DNA of 64,000 nt from Octopus bimaculoides (GCF_001194135.2 NC_068984.1:47120423-47184422); one strand, 5' to 3'. Shown: positions 39,843 to 52,004, counted from the first letter of the stretch. The notes: a model not told the origin generated them from the letters alone. Numbers and translations: made by a program.

Positions 39843-40320
39843 TTCCGTTCAGAAAAGGTTTGAATATTTTAATGAAAAGTTTTTACTTTGTCTTTCTTCC
39901 AACCTCATTTGTGGCACGTAGTTTGTGGAAAGGAAAAATTAGAAACAGTTTCTGACCACATGTTTGTATATGTTCGCTCAATGGAATTTGGCGAATATTA
40001 GTGTTCCGGATCTGTTGTCTGTGAACTGAGTGTTATGATAATGCATTCCCTGTCTCGCCAATGTATAGTTGCTCGTAATTAAGGCACTTAAAGCAGTAGA
40101 TCAAATTTCTGCTTTTGCAGTTCATATCTGCATTTGTGAAAATCTGTCTATTTTCTTGTTCTACCGTATCAAGAAGTATGAATGTATTGACACGTTCCAC
40201 ATCTGCTATTGTACTTGGATAATGTGAATGTTTCATTCTGTTTGTTCATGTTGAATTTCTGTAGGTTATGTAGCTACCTTTTGCTTAAGCTAAGTATTTC
40301 TGAAGTTCGGATTACTACCA
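39843..40320 (-). mobile_element. Penelope-like element linker plus GIY-YIG endonuclease relic
   Basis: Minus strand: LSKR*LHNLQKFN..SRCGTCQYI..MNCKSRNLIYCFKCLNYEQLYIGETGNAL..SVHRQQIRNTNIRQIPLSEHIQTCGQKLFLIFPFHKL..K*KLFIKIFKPFLN. Has the CxxC linker, GIY/YIG motifs and the PLE-type C-terminus. Confidence 0.9.
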
Positions 40321-40431
40321 ACATCACAAGAAAGGCTTAGTTAGTGCGTTCGAAATTTGAAGTAACATGAAATCCAAATCAAACGTATGTGTGTATGTAT
40401 GTGTGTGTGTGTGTTTGGGTGTGTGTGTGTA

Positions 40432-40462
<31 letters not shown>

Positions 40463-41914
40463 GTGTGTGTGTGTGTGTGTGGTCGATTGTTCTTTTAGCA
40501 TCCGTTTATCCATGCGATCATTTATTGGATAGCTCTCCCTTTCGTCGGCAGTTTTAAGCTGAATGTTAGTCCTGTCACCAACTCCAAACTTTATTTTTTC
40601 AAATAACAGATTCTTTCATTTTCCATTAGTCTTTAGAAATGCAGAGCAACGAAGTAATGGGTCACTTGCAAAGACAAGTTTTTGAAAAAAAATTAACATT
40701 GTTTTATCGTCAAATCAACCTGTATGTCATCACGAATATAACAATAAATTTTTATTAATTAGGTGACATTTTCCAATTATACACAACTTTCATAAATTCT
40801 TAAAGCAAATAACGTGGAGGAAATCTGTAATTTTCTTAATGAGTCTTGCTCCCTGCTCCAATATTTGAATCCATAAGGCCACATGTCCTCTGTAACTTTA
40901 ATTTTACGTAACGTAATTAATGGAAGAAGACATCATAATTAATAAACGCTTCATTGTATAGACTTATCTTTAATTTACTGAATGTGATTCAGCATCCTCA
41001 CCTGACTTCATCTAGTACAACTAGTATCTTAATATCGCCGGACTCTGACAACTTCACATACGGTTTTAAGAATATGAAAACGTAAAGCGGAGAAACAAAA
41101 CAGATTATAGAAAAACCGGATAATTTCATCAATTTGTAAACATTTTATGAAAAGCAATTTTTTTTTCAAAGAAGCTTAAAAACAAAATAAAATATCTCTC
41201 ACAGTTTTAGCAATATATTTTGCGTTATTGTACAAACATGATAATAATGTTTGAAGAATATTGTTTATTTATTTGTTCGTCTCCTTTTCTTTTGTTCACG
41301 TATAAAATAGTAATATGGCTTGGAAGTAAAATGAAGATATTTCAAAGAAGAAAAAAACTCACACTCGCTTCAACACACACATACATAGAACGAAAATAAA
41401 TTGAATTAAGAATCTGCTAAATCATTTTTTTTTTCTTTTTTAATTCTAGATTTAAATTCTAGAAAAATTCCCAAACGAAAGACATTAAGAAAATATATCC
41501 ATAATTTAATGAAATACATAAGTAAATATGGGAAATAGTTTACTATTTCCATAGTTAAAGTAAAATGCTACATATGAAGAGGGAATAAACACGTGATTAT
41601 TTGTAAACATGTTTGTTGGAAAGATAAATTTAAAACTTAATAATTTATTTATAATTTGTGGACATAAATCAAAGTTCCGCGAAATAAATTTCACGAAGTG
41701 AAAAGCTAAACACAAAGCAAGAAATAAGAATGTTAACGTATAAAGTAAATAAGTATNNNNNNNNNNCTTATACGTATATATGTGTATATGTTTACTTTTA
41801 TATACATATTATTTATATTTAAATCTTACTTTATTCATATATTTAAAAATTTAAAACGCATGTCAATGACCAATATTTATATATATTATATATATTTAAT
41901 TCTTATTTATATTT

Positions 41915-42625
41915 GCAAATCACATGTCGCCCAGTGTGTGAAAAAATAATTTTTTCGATAATGCCTAAAAATCGACAGACTGGTTCCAATGTACCCAAAC
42001 AGTTTAATATTGCAAACTTTAAATTATCAATCAACTTGCAAAGATTCCACGACGCTATAGAAAATATCAATCTTGACCCAAACAATCTATGGGGAGATTT
42101 CAAAGCAAAAGTATTTCAGGCTGCAAGTTCGTCTGAGATTTAAATCATGTAAGTCCAGTGACTGGTTCTCAAATAGATCAGGAGAAATTCATGATCTACT
42201 ATTAGAAAAACAAAACTTAGGCAATACACTTCTTTCTTAGTCCTTGAACCTCAACTAATACGAACCATACAGAGAGCTGAAAGGGAAAGTGCAGATTGCT
42301 CTAAGGAAAATTAAGGAATGATAGAGCAAAAGGGGCACAAGAAGCAGCTGATAGAAACGATGCCAAGGGTTTGTACTGTTATGTTAAAGAGGTATATAGC
42401 CCAATATCTTCTTCAAAAGCACCAGTGAGAACAGCAAGTGGACGTTTGCTTCTGACTGGCACCGCTTCTATTCATAAGCCCTGGGTAGAACATTTTTCTG
42501 CATTTTTGAATAGACTACAATCCGCAGACATGGGGACGATAGAAAAAATCGAACACCTTCCAGTTATAGAAAGATGGCAATGGAACCAACTCTAAATGAC
42601 ATTTATTTAGCAGTGAATAAGCTAT
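41915..42625 (+). mobile_element. RTE-BovB-like LINE fragment (region between endonuclease and RT), running into a gap
   Basis: DWFSNRSGEIHDLLLEK...YRELKGKVQIALRKI...AADRNDAKGLYCYVKEVYSP..APVRTASGRLLLT...WVEHFSAFLNR...EPTLNDIYLAVNKL matches the conserved BovB-like linker WF..N..EI / FY..K.VYGP / RW.EHF..LLN. Confidence 0.85.
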
Positions 42626-43391
42626 ATATATATATATATATATNNNNNNNNNNNNNNNNNNNNNNNNNNNNNNNNNNNNNNNNNNNNNNNNNNNNNNNNN
42701 NNNNNNNNNNNNNNNNNNNNNNNNNNNNNNNNNNNNNNNNNNNNNNNNNNNNNNNNNNNNNNNNNNNNNNNNNNNNNNNNNNNNNNNNNNNNNNNNNNNN
42801 NNNNNNNNNNNNNNNNNNNNNNNNNNNNNNNNNNNNNNNNNNNNNNNNNNNNNNNNNNNNNNNNNNNNNNNNNNNNNNNNNNNNNNNNNNNNNNNNNNNN
42901 NNNNNNNNNNNNNNNNNNNNNNNNNNNNNNNNNNNNNNNNNNNNNNNNNNNNNNNNNNNNNNNNNNNNNNNNNNNNNNNNNNNNNNNNNNNNNNNNNNNN
43001 NNNNNNNNNNNNNNNNNNNNNNNNNNNNNNNNNNNNNNNNNNNNNNNNNNNNNNNNNNNNNNNNNNNNNNNNNNNNNNNNNNNNNNNNNNNNNNNNNNNN
43101 NNNNNNNNNNNNNNNNNNNNNNNNNNNNNNNNNNNNNNNNNNNNNNNNNNNNNNNNNNNNNNNNNNNNNNNNNNNNNNNNNNNNNNNNNNNNNNNNNNNN
43201 NNNNNNNNNNNNNNNNNNNNNNNNNNNNNNNNNNNNNNNNNNNNNNNNNNNNNNNNNNNNNNNNNNNNNNNNNNNNNNNNNNNNNNNNNNNNNNNNNNNN
43301 NNNNNNNNNNNNNNNNNNNNNNNNNNNNNNNNNNNNNNNNNNNNNNNNNNNNNNNNNNNNNNNNNNNNNNNNNNNNNNNNNNNNNNNNNNN

Positions 43392-43570
43392 TGTGTACCT
43401 GTTTGAACAATAATGAAAGAGCGATGTTTTTTTTATTTGTATATGTATTTTATGCTTCTTTAAGTCAGTGGTAACCTTTTGTTGTAAGTTTTGCGAATGG
43501 GATTTAATTTATTTACTTATATGTGCTTCGGTATTTTTGTTTAAATATGGCGTGTATTTGTGCGTATATA

Positions 43571-43587
<17 letters not shown>
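43392..43587. repeat. 196-bp block identical to 44581-44776; both copies abut gaps
   Basis: tgtgtacctgtttgaacaat...gcgtatatatctgtgtgtg at a constant offset of 1189, with no difference found by eye. Confidence 0.92.
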
Positions 43588-43609
<22 letters not shown>

Positions 43610-45727
43610 ATTGCTTTTCAGTCTTTTTTGTCTCTGGCCAAAGGGCATTAAACATATTTCCGTTCATATCGTGAAAATACACTTGTTTTTGTTCATGTGT
43701 TTATATTTGAGTATCAGTCTGTCTACGAAAGGTAATTTTCTTTGTGGAGAATACGTGCTACATAAATAAATTAATATAACTGTCTATATAAGCATCTGAA
43801 TTTTTCTATTTTAGACACTTCATATTTTATTGATGATAGAATGGTCTGAACTTAGAGACCAGGAGTCGAATCCGTGAACTATTTCTTGCAGGAACGAAGC
43901 TTTTTAAGACTTGTCAGTTTCCCAGAACTATAAGTAAATTCTAAGTTTTCCCTTAAGGTATGTTTCCAAAAATATAATTTCATAAACGGAAAGAAACCAG
44001 ATTCCCTACAGCAAATATTTCTTTGCCTTTCTAAATCATTCTTCAATAGTTCTGTTGTATGTGTGTGTGTATGTGTGTGCCAGTGTGGGTATGTATANNN
44101 NNNNNNNGGGTAGAAGAGTAGAGATTGAGGCACTGAGAAAGAAACAGCAGTATTAGAAGTGGTGGTAACTGAAGAGGGAGTTGTGATGAGGAGGTGTAGA
44201 GTGGGAGTCGAATGCATATGTATGGGAGAGAAAATGAATTAGTTGGTACTTAAGCTGTTTGATGAAATGGGTAAAGACTTTGACGATTGGATTAAGCGGG
44301 TACGGCTGCGAGAGTGGTTTAGCGTGTGGAAGTGTTATTGTTGGGGTTGAGGGGTGGAATTGATAAGCAGAGAGCTAAGTTAGACGATACGGTGCCGTAC
44401 TATCCTATCAAATGACGAAACCACAGATTTGCAGAGACCTATTTTTAACATATCATATGCCAGATTTTATATGTTGCAACTTTCTATTCAGAGTGTTTAA
44501 ATGAGAACACAAAATGCAAATATTTTACTCCCATGTGACTGAGAATTTGTTAATATAGTGAGGTCTGAATATATATAGTTTGTGTACCTGTTTGAACAAT
44601 AATGAAAGAGCGATGTTTTTTTTATTTGTATATGTATTTTATGCTTCTTTAAGTCAGTGGTAACCTTTTGTTGTAAGTTTTGCGAATGGGATTTAATTTA
44701 TTTACTTATATGTGCTTCGGTATTTTTGTTTAAATATGGCGTGTATTTGTGCGTATATATCTGTGTGTGTGTGTGTNNNNNNNNNNNNNNNNNNNNNNNN
44801 NNNNNNNNNNNNNNNNNNNNNNNNNNNNNNNNNNNNNNNNNNNNNNNNNNNNNNNNNNNNNNNNNNNNNNNNNNNNNNNNNNNNNNNNNNNNNNNNNNNN
44901 NNNNNNNNNNNNNNNNNNNNNNNNNNNNNNNNNNNNNNNNNNNNNNNNNNNNNNNNNNNNNNNNNNNNNNNNNNNNNNNNNNNNNNNNNNNNNNNNNNNN
45001 NNNNNNNNNNNNNNNNNNNNNNNNNNNNNNNNNNNNNNNNNNNNNNNNNNNNNNNNNNNNNNNNNNNNNNNNNNNNNNNNNNNNNNNNNNNNNNNNNNNN
45101 NNNNNNNNNNNNNNNNNNNNNNNNNNNNNNNNNNNNNNNNNNNNNNNNNNNNNNNNNNNNNNNNNNNNNNNNNNNNNNNNNNNNNNNNNNNNNNNNNNNN
45201 NNNNNNNNNNNNNNNNNNNNNNNNNNNNNNNNNNNNNNNNNNNNNNNNNNNNNNNNNNNNNNNNNNNNNNNNNNNNNNNNNNNNNNNNNNNNNNNNNNNN
45301 NNNNNNNNNNNNNNNNNNNNNNNNNNNNNNNNNNNNNNNNNNNNNNNNNNNNNNNNNNNNNNNNNNNNNNNNNNNNNNNNNNNNNNNNNNNNNNNNNNNN
45401 NNNNNNNNNNNNNNNNNNNNNNNNNNNNNNNNNNNNNNNNNNNNNNNNNNNNNNNNNNNNNNNNNNNNNNNNNNNNNNNNNNNNNNNNNNNNNNNNNNNN
45501 NNNNNNNNNNNNNNNNNNNNNNNNNNNNNNNNNNNNNNNNNNNNNNNNNNNNNNNNNNNNNNNNNNNNNNNNNNNNNNNNNNNNNNNNNNNNNNNNNNNN
45601 NNNNNNNNNNNNNNNNNNNNNNNNNNNNNNNNNNNNNNNNNNNNNNNNNNNNNNNNNNNNNNNNNNNNNNNNNNNNNNNNNNNNNNNNNNNNNNNNNNNN
45701 NNNNNNNNNNNNNNNNNNNNNNNNNNN

Positions 45728-45780
<53 letters not shown>

Positions 45781-46162
45781 TTCCTATCCATTGAAGGTAA
45801 TTGATCTCAAGCTTAACTTTCTTGGATTCGTCTAACAAGTATATTTCGTTATCGAGGTGTTAGTCATCTTATATTTTATCAAATTATCCACGTTAACCAG
45901 ATTGGAAGGTCTTTTATTGTAATTTATGATGTTTGTGTGTGTATATGCAAGTATGTATGTATGGATGTATGTATGTATACATTAATGCATACATGAATGT
46001 CATTCACTTTTATTTCAAGATTTCTTCTCTGTAGAGAAAGACCGGGTTTCTAACCAATATTCAAGGCACCTTCCTTGGAATTTCAAAAATATCCAAGGAG
46101 CACTTTTGTATGTATGCGTGTAAATGTGCAGATTTGTATACACTTTACCCTTTACTCTTTTA

Positions 46163-46471
46163 ATTGTTTCAGTCATTTGACTGCGGCCATGCTAAAGCAC
46201 CGCCTTTAGTCGAACAAATCGACCCCAGGACTTATTCTTTGTAAGTCTAGTACATATTTTATCGTGGAGGCGCAATGGTCCAGTGGTTAGGGCAGCGGAC
46301 TCGCGGTCATAGGATCGCGGTTTCGATTCCCAGACCGGGCGTTGTGAGTGTTTATTGAGCGAAAACACCTAAAGCTCCACGAGGATCCGGCATGGAATGG
46401 TGGCGAACCCTGCTGTACTCTTTCACCACACCTTTCTCTCACTCTTACTTCCTGTTTCTGTTGTGCCTGTA
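46163..46471. repeat. 309-bp block (antisense family 2 tail plus family 3 SINE head) duplicated at 47064-47372 across a gap
   Basis: Constant offset of 901. About 10 substitutions, 9 of them in the last ~95 bp. Confidence 0.92.
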
Positions 46472-47166
46472 NNNNNNNNNNNNNNNNNNNNNNNNNNNNN
46501 NNNNNNNNNNNNNNNNNNNNNNNNNNNNNNNNNNNNNNNNNNNNNNNNNNNNNNNNNNNNNNNNNNNNNNNNNNNNNNNNNNNNNNNNNNNNNNNNNNNN
46601 NNNNNNNNNNNNNNNNNNNNNNNNNNNNNNNNNNNNNNNNNNNNNNNNNNNNNNNNNNNNNNNNNNNNNNNNNNNNNNNNNNNNNNNNNNNNNNNNNNNN
46701 NNNNNNNNNNNNNNNNNNNNNNNNNNNNNNNNNNNNNNNNNNNNNNNNNNNNNNNNNNNNNNNNNNNNNNNNNNNNNNNNNNNNNNNNNNNNNNNNNNNN
46801 NNNNNNNNNNNNNNNNNNNNNNNNNNNNNNNNNNNNNNNNNNNNNNNNNNNNNNNNNNNNNNNNNNNNNNNNNNNNNNNNNNNNNNNNNNNNNNNNNNNN
46901 NNNNNNNNNNNNNNNNNNNNNNNNNNNNNNNNNNNNNNNNNNNNNNNNNNNNNNNNNNNNNNNNNNNNNNNNNNNNNNNNNNNNNNNNNNNNNNNNNNNN
47001 NNNNNNNNNNNNNNNNNNNNNNNNNNNNNNNNNNNNNNNNNNNNNNNNNNNNNNNNNNNNNNNATTGTTTCAGTCATTTGACTGCGGCCATGCTAAAGCA
47101 CCGCCTTTAGTCGAACAAATCGACTCCAGGACTTATTCTTTGTAAGTCTAGTACATATTTTATCGT

Positions 47167-47540
47167 GGAGGCGCAATGGTCCAGTGGTTAGGGCAGCGGA
47201 CTCGCGGTCATAGGATCGCGGTTTCGATTCCCAGACCGGGCGTTGTGAGTGTTTATTGAGCGAAAACACCTAAAGCTCCACGAGGCTCCGACAGGGGATT
47301 GTGACGAACCCTGCTGTACTCTTTCACCACAACTTTCTCTCACTCTTCCTTCCTGTTTCTGTTGTACCTGTAGTTCAAAAGGTCACCCTTGTCACACTGT
47401 GTCACGCTGAATATCCCCGAGAACTACGTCAAGGGTACATGTGTCAGTCACTTGCATGTTAATTTCACGAGCAGGCTGTTCCATTGATCTGATCAACTGG
47501 TACACTCGACGTCCTAAGCGACGGAGTGCCAACAACAACA
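47167..47540 (+). mobile_element. SINE family 3, full length, tRNA-derived, (CAA)n tail, inserted into an antisense family 2 tail
   Basis: ggaggcgcaatggtccagtggttagggcagcggactcgcggtcataggatcgcggtttcgattcccagacc (A box tggtccagtgg, B box ggtttcgattcc), body ccttgtcacactgtgtcacgctgaat...gttccattgatctgatcaactgg, and tail gtgccaacaacaaca. Confidence 0.88.
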
Positions 47541-49819
47541 GCTATGGCAGTATGTATGTATGTATGAATGAATGTATGTATGTATGTATGTATGCATGTA
47601 TGTGTGTGTGTGTATGTATGTATGTATGTACGTACTATGTATGTATGTATGTATTCATGTACTCATGTATGTATGTATGTATGTATGTATGTATGTATAT
47701 GTATGCATGCTTATATGCGAGGTCATCTAGAATCAATGATGGAATGTCTGTTCGATTTGTGGTGTCTTGAATCATTAACGAAAGAATTAACAAGACTGAA
47801 GTTGCAGGATACTTGCTGCTAAACACGAACACTTGTTGTTCTTGTACTGGTTCAGCCTTTTCAATCTTGGTCAGATTTATTTAAGATATCTCCATATTTT
47901 TCTATATATTCTGGTTAGTCAGACTCTTCCTTCTCTTTTCTCTTTGACCTTAACGGCCTGCTATTGGCATTCATATATTGCTTTTTGTCTTCGAAGTAGA
48001 AGTATCTGAAACATCAAATGTTAAATCTTCACAACGGACTAATAATTCTTTTATGTTTATGTACAAAACTTTAATTGTTGCCATGGCTTGTGTTCTATCT
48101 CTGTTGCCATGGAAATGTATCCCAGTTACGCCAAGAGTAGTTTACAAGCAACTATGCAAACTTTTCCTTGTAAATATGTTTTGTGTTAGTGTTTGTATCT
48201 GTGTGTGTGTATCACTTGACTGATAATCTCTGTTTTTTTATGGCAAATCTGTTTCTCCCAAATGGAGCATCATCTGTTTCAACAAGCAATTTCACATCAA
48301 GAACCTTCCAAAACAAACTTTAAAATATTTCTTTAGGAAAATAGTCTACAAGTCTCCGCTGTTGTTGCTATCGTTGTGTTTTTCTTTTTTTTTAGCCTAA
48401 TCTATTGTTCCTAATAGATCTATAAATGAACGCAATCAGCTATAACAATCTCATTCATTTATCGAGCATATCATATATAGAGCTATATTTTAATGAGTGC
48501 GTCTCTTTTTTGCACTGTGATAGGCGTGTAATATATGGCTGATTTAGAACTTTGAATACCCATGAAAATGTGCCTTCAGTACCTAGATTCCGATCATCTA
48601 TAATAACGCATTCTAGCAATTATCATCATGATTAGTTCTTGGGCTTTGGATACGTTATACATATATTGCTACGATTCCAAATTAAATCTTGTATATCATT
48701 TTTCTAATGACATAAGGTGAATTATGGGAAGTTCCCCTGCTATGCGTTTGCTATTTCGAGAAAATCGAGCGACTATGTATTGGCTTTTGTTGAATGAATT
48801 ATCATTTGAATGTGGTGGTGTACATTTATTTCACTTCATCACTCTGCTTTCAGATTCCTTAACTGCAATCTTTATGGTTTCCCATTGACTTTCTCTACAG
48901 CTTATCTGATGCAGCAGATACCAATCATGTTAGTAGCTGAGCATAATAGATTATACCAGAGGCAGAGAACCGGCAAGTGAATCTTTGGATTTTGTATTAA
49001 AAATTCTGTTGAGTAAAAAGGACGATATTAATCAATTCTATGTGTGTGTGTATTTCTCTGTATGTGCTTTTCTATATGTATGTGTGTGTATGTGCGTGCG
49101 TGTGCGCGCGCGCGTAACTGTACATATGTATCTATGCAACTAGGTATATATGTATGAATACATACATATATATATANNNNNNNNNNNNNNNNNNNNNNNN
49201 NNNNNNNNNNNNNNNNNNNNNNNNNNNNNNNNNNNNNNNNNNNNNNNNNNNNNNNNNNNNNNNNNNNNNNNNNNNNNNNNNNNNNNNNNNNNNNNNNNNN
49301 NNNNNNNNNNNNNNNNNNNNNNNNNNNNNNNNNNNNNNNNNNNNNNNNNNNNNNNNNNNNNNNNNNNNNNNNNNNNNNNNNNNNNNNNNNNNNNNNNNNN
49401 NNNNNNNNNNNNNNNNNNNNNNNNNNNNNNNNNNNNNNNNTAGACAAAGATGAATGTACTGAGGCCGTTGAATCAAAACTATAACGGAAAAAAAACTTGA
49501 AATAAAATATCGACCAAAAGCACAACAACGAAACAAGTTGTTCTGTCCTTAGTTGGTTTCTTGATAATCTGCATGTAAAAGAAGATATACAGTGACTAAA
49601 TGAGAACATTTTTTTTTAATTATGACACCACTTCCATTGGCTAAACAAATATGTTACCCATACTTTTATACAAATTATTACACGTACAAAAGGTTGCATC
49701 AACAACAAGAAAATACTTGCAAGATTTCTTTAAAATTTAAGGAGTGCATGCTTGTGCAAAAGGCACCAACGAAAGCCGAACTTTTTACAACCTTGAAACC
49801 AACCGTGGAACCTGACCAA

Positions 49820-51144
49820 ATAAAACCTAAAATGCATATATCTGAACTGAAAAAACATGCATAACAAATTAATATCCCACAATACATTTACAGTACCAGT
49901 GCTGCTCCCAACATTTGGGATACTTGATTGGTATTTAGAGGAAATTCACTCCATAAATATCAAAACCCGCAAAATCCTGACAACAACTGGGAACTTCCAC
50001 AGAAACAGTGATGTTTACAGGCTCTACCTAAGAAGTGCAGATAGCTTTCGAATATTGTATGATATCAGTGCAGATAGCTTTCGAATATTGTATGGTATCA
50101 GTGCAGATAGCTTTCGATAGCTTTCGAATACTGTATGGTATCAGTGCAGATAGCTTTTGAATACTGTATGGTATCACTCAGGCAGCACCTGCTAAACAAC
50201 AGCAGCAAAACAAAATACATTAATGCAGTGCTGAAAAGTGAAGTGAGCAACATTATACGAGTTGACAGTGAACTCCTCAAGAAACACATTCTTCCTAATG
50301 AGCTATAAAGCCTCAAAACAGCTGGGCTCTGTTACCGCAGAAAAAAACCTGGATGGAAAGTACTCACCATACAAAAACAGACCATGCATGTGTATGCTGC
50401 TCGGAAGCTTGAAGAAGACTGTAGAATTGACACAAAGCGCAGTCTCTCTTGGACAACTATATCACATCACACTTTGAAGGCTATGTGTTTGCAATCCAGG
50501 AACAAGAGATTGCCACACAGTACCTTGTGAACAAGAGAGACAGTGACGCTCTTGCAATCCCATGGTCCAACCGCATGTGCAGGCTATGTCATGATTTATG
50601 GAACACATTACGTATGCGATTAGCAGCTGTCCTAAAATGTCGCGTACAGAACTTACTATCTCCCTATGCGGCACGATGTTGTTGCTAAAACAATTTACAA
50701 TGCTATCTGCAGGAAAGACTGTCTTGAAATAAACTTAGAAAAATCCCTCTGTAATGGAATACATTCATAAACACCAACTCAAGGAATACTTTTGGAAATG
50801 TAAGCATAACAGGCCGGATATTGTTGCCTGGTGCAGAGGGGCAAAAGTATGTACCATCATAGAGGTTAGCTGCCCAGCAGGTATAATTATCTGTATGAAA
50901 ATCAAAGAAAAAGAGGATATCTATGGACAACTTCTTCGAAACCTCCAGTTTCTATATCCAGACTATCAATCTATATTTATACCAATAATAATTGCAGCAC
51001 TATGTTTTGTTGGTAAGTACTTACAGAAGAATCTGGATCAACTAGGATTCTCAGAAAGAGAAACTGACATGCTAATTCGTACAAGTCCAATCTGTGAGTG
51101 CAACAGTAAAAATATGCAAGACGTTTCTCAAGTTCCAAATGTGA
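49820..51144 (+). mobile_element. R4/Dong-like non-LTR retrotransposon 3' part: RT thumb, CCHC zinc knuckle and restriction-like endonuclease (pseudogenised)
   Basis: HNTFTVPVLLPTFGILDW..EI..INIKTRKILTTTGNFHRNSDVYRLYL; ITSHFEGYVFAIQEQEIATQY; CRLCH..EHI...CPKMSRT.YY..RHDVVAKTIYNAI; HNRPDIV..CTIIEVSCP..K.KEKEDIYGQL; PIIIAAL; VKICKTFLKFQM*. Confidence 0.9.
50034..50175 (+). repeat. 33-bp tandem repeat, 4 copies, inside the R4-like ORF
   Basis: agtgcagatagctttcgaata(t/c)tgtatg(a/g)tatc at 50034, 50067, 50100 (with an extra 10-bp gatagctttc) and 50143. Confidence 0.95.
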
Positions 51145-51328
51145 ATTTGTCTGTGTTAACTAGATCCTAAAGATGGGGGCTTGTATCTTTGTTGGAAACT
51201 GGCTCCCTTCTCAGAGGAAGATTTACAATTAAAAAATTTAAGAGACATACATGCATATATACATACATACGTACATACATACATAATACATACATACATA
51301 CATACATACATACATGCATACATACGTA

Positions 51329-51499
51329 TACGAGGGGCGATGAAAATTCCTGGCCTTCAATAAACGCAAATACAAGAGAATTAGTTAATAATGATTTCAT
51401 GCAACATATTTCCCTCTCAGAATCACACACTTATTGGAGTGATCCTTCAACCAGGCCTTTCGTGACATCCTAAAACCAGGATATCTTCAGTACTCTGTA
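51329..51499 (+). mobile_element. Internally deleted mariner derivative (MITE, about 170 bp) flanked by TA
   Basis: Left end TA-cgaggggcgatgaaaattcctgg; right end ccaggatatcttcagtactctg-TA. These are imperfect TIRs of the TACGAGGG mariner type. Confidence 0.65.
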
Positions 51500-51572
51500 T
51501 GTGTATCTTTATATATATATATATATTACGAGATGTACTTGCATAGTACTTTGATGTGGTGATTGACTTTAC

Positions 51573-51635
51573 TTGTTATTATTTGTTATTATTTCCTTGT
51601 TATTATTTGTTATTATTTCCTTGTTATTATTTCTT
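51573..51635. repeat. 24-bp tandem repeat (ttgttattatttgttattatttcc), about 2.5 copies
   Basis: Direct reading; explains LLLFVIIS x2 in the ORF at 51573. Confidence 0.9.
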
Positions 51636-51752
51636 CTTGAGATTTTACAACAAGCTACTTTGCTTGTTGCAAATCAGTCACCGACGGTCGCTTTGTATAC
51701 AATATATTGCTGGCTAGAGCAGACGCTGGGTATCACTCTGGTGACCAGGTAC

Positions 51753-51801
51753 TCGCAACTGAGGATGGGTTAACCTGCTCGAAACTGAGTCAGTCTCGCG
51801 A
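51753..51801 (+). ncRNA. Candidate type I hammerhead ribozyme
   Basis: UCGCAA CUGAGGA U GGGU uaaccu GCUC GAAA CUG agu CAGU C UCGCGA. Stem I 5 of 6 pairs, stem II 4 bp (two G-U), stem III ACUG/CAGU, GUC cleavage triplet at 51793-51795. Confidence 0.7.
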
Positions 51802-51970
51802 TCCTGTCGCCTGCTAGAGGATGGTAAAGTTTCGCTCCCCTTGCTAGCAATATGTATTGTATATAAAGAGTGCAGCGTCGTACCGATAACCGGCTGGTGG
51901 AGAATCTGCCTGTGGTTAAACTAGTAGTAACATGGAACAGCCACTTTGATATGGTGATCGACTTTACATG

Positions 51971-52004
<34 letters not shown>

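Noticed and set aside
46266-46340. tRNA-like sequence (also at 47167-47241)
   Set aside because: A and B boxes are present but the sequence runs on into a SINE body and tail, and the acceptor stem does not close; a SINE head rather than a tRNA gene.
50034-50175. CRISPR-like appearance of 33-bp repeats
   Set aside because: No spacers, no cas genes, eukaryotic retrotransposon context; a simple tandem duplication.
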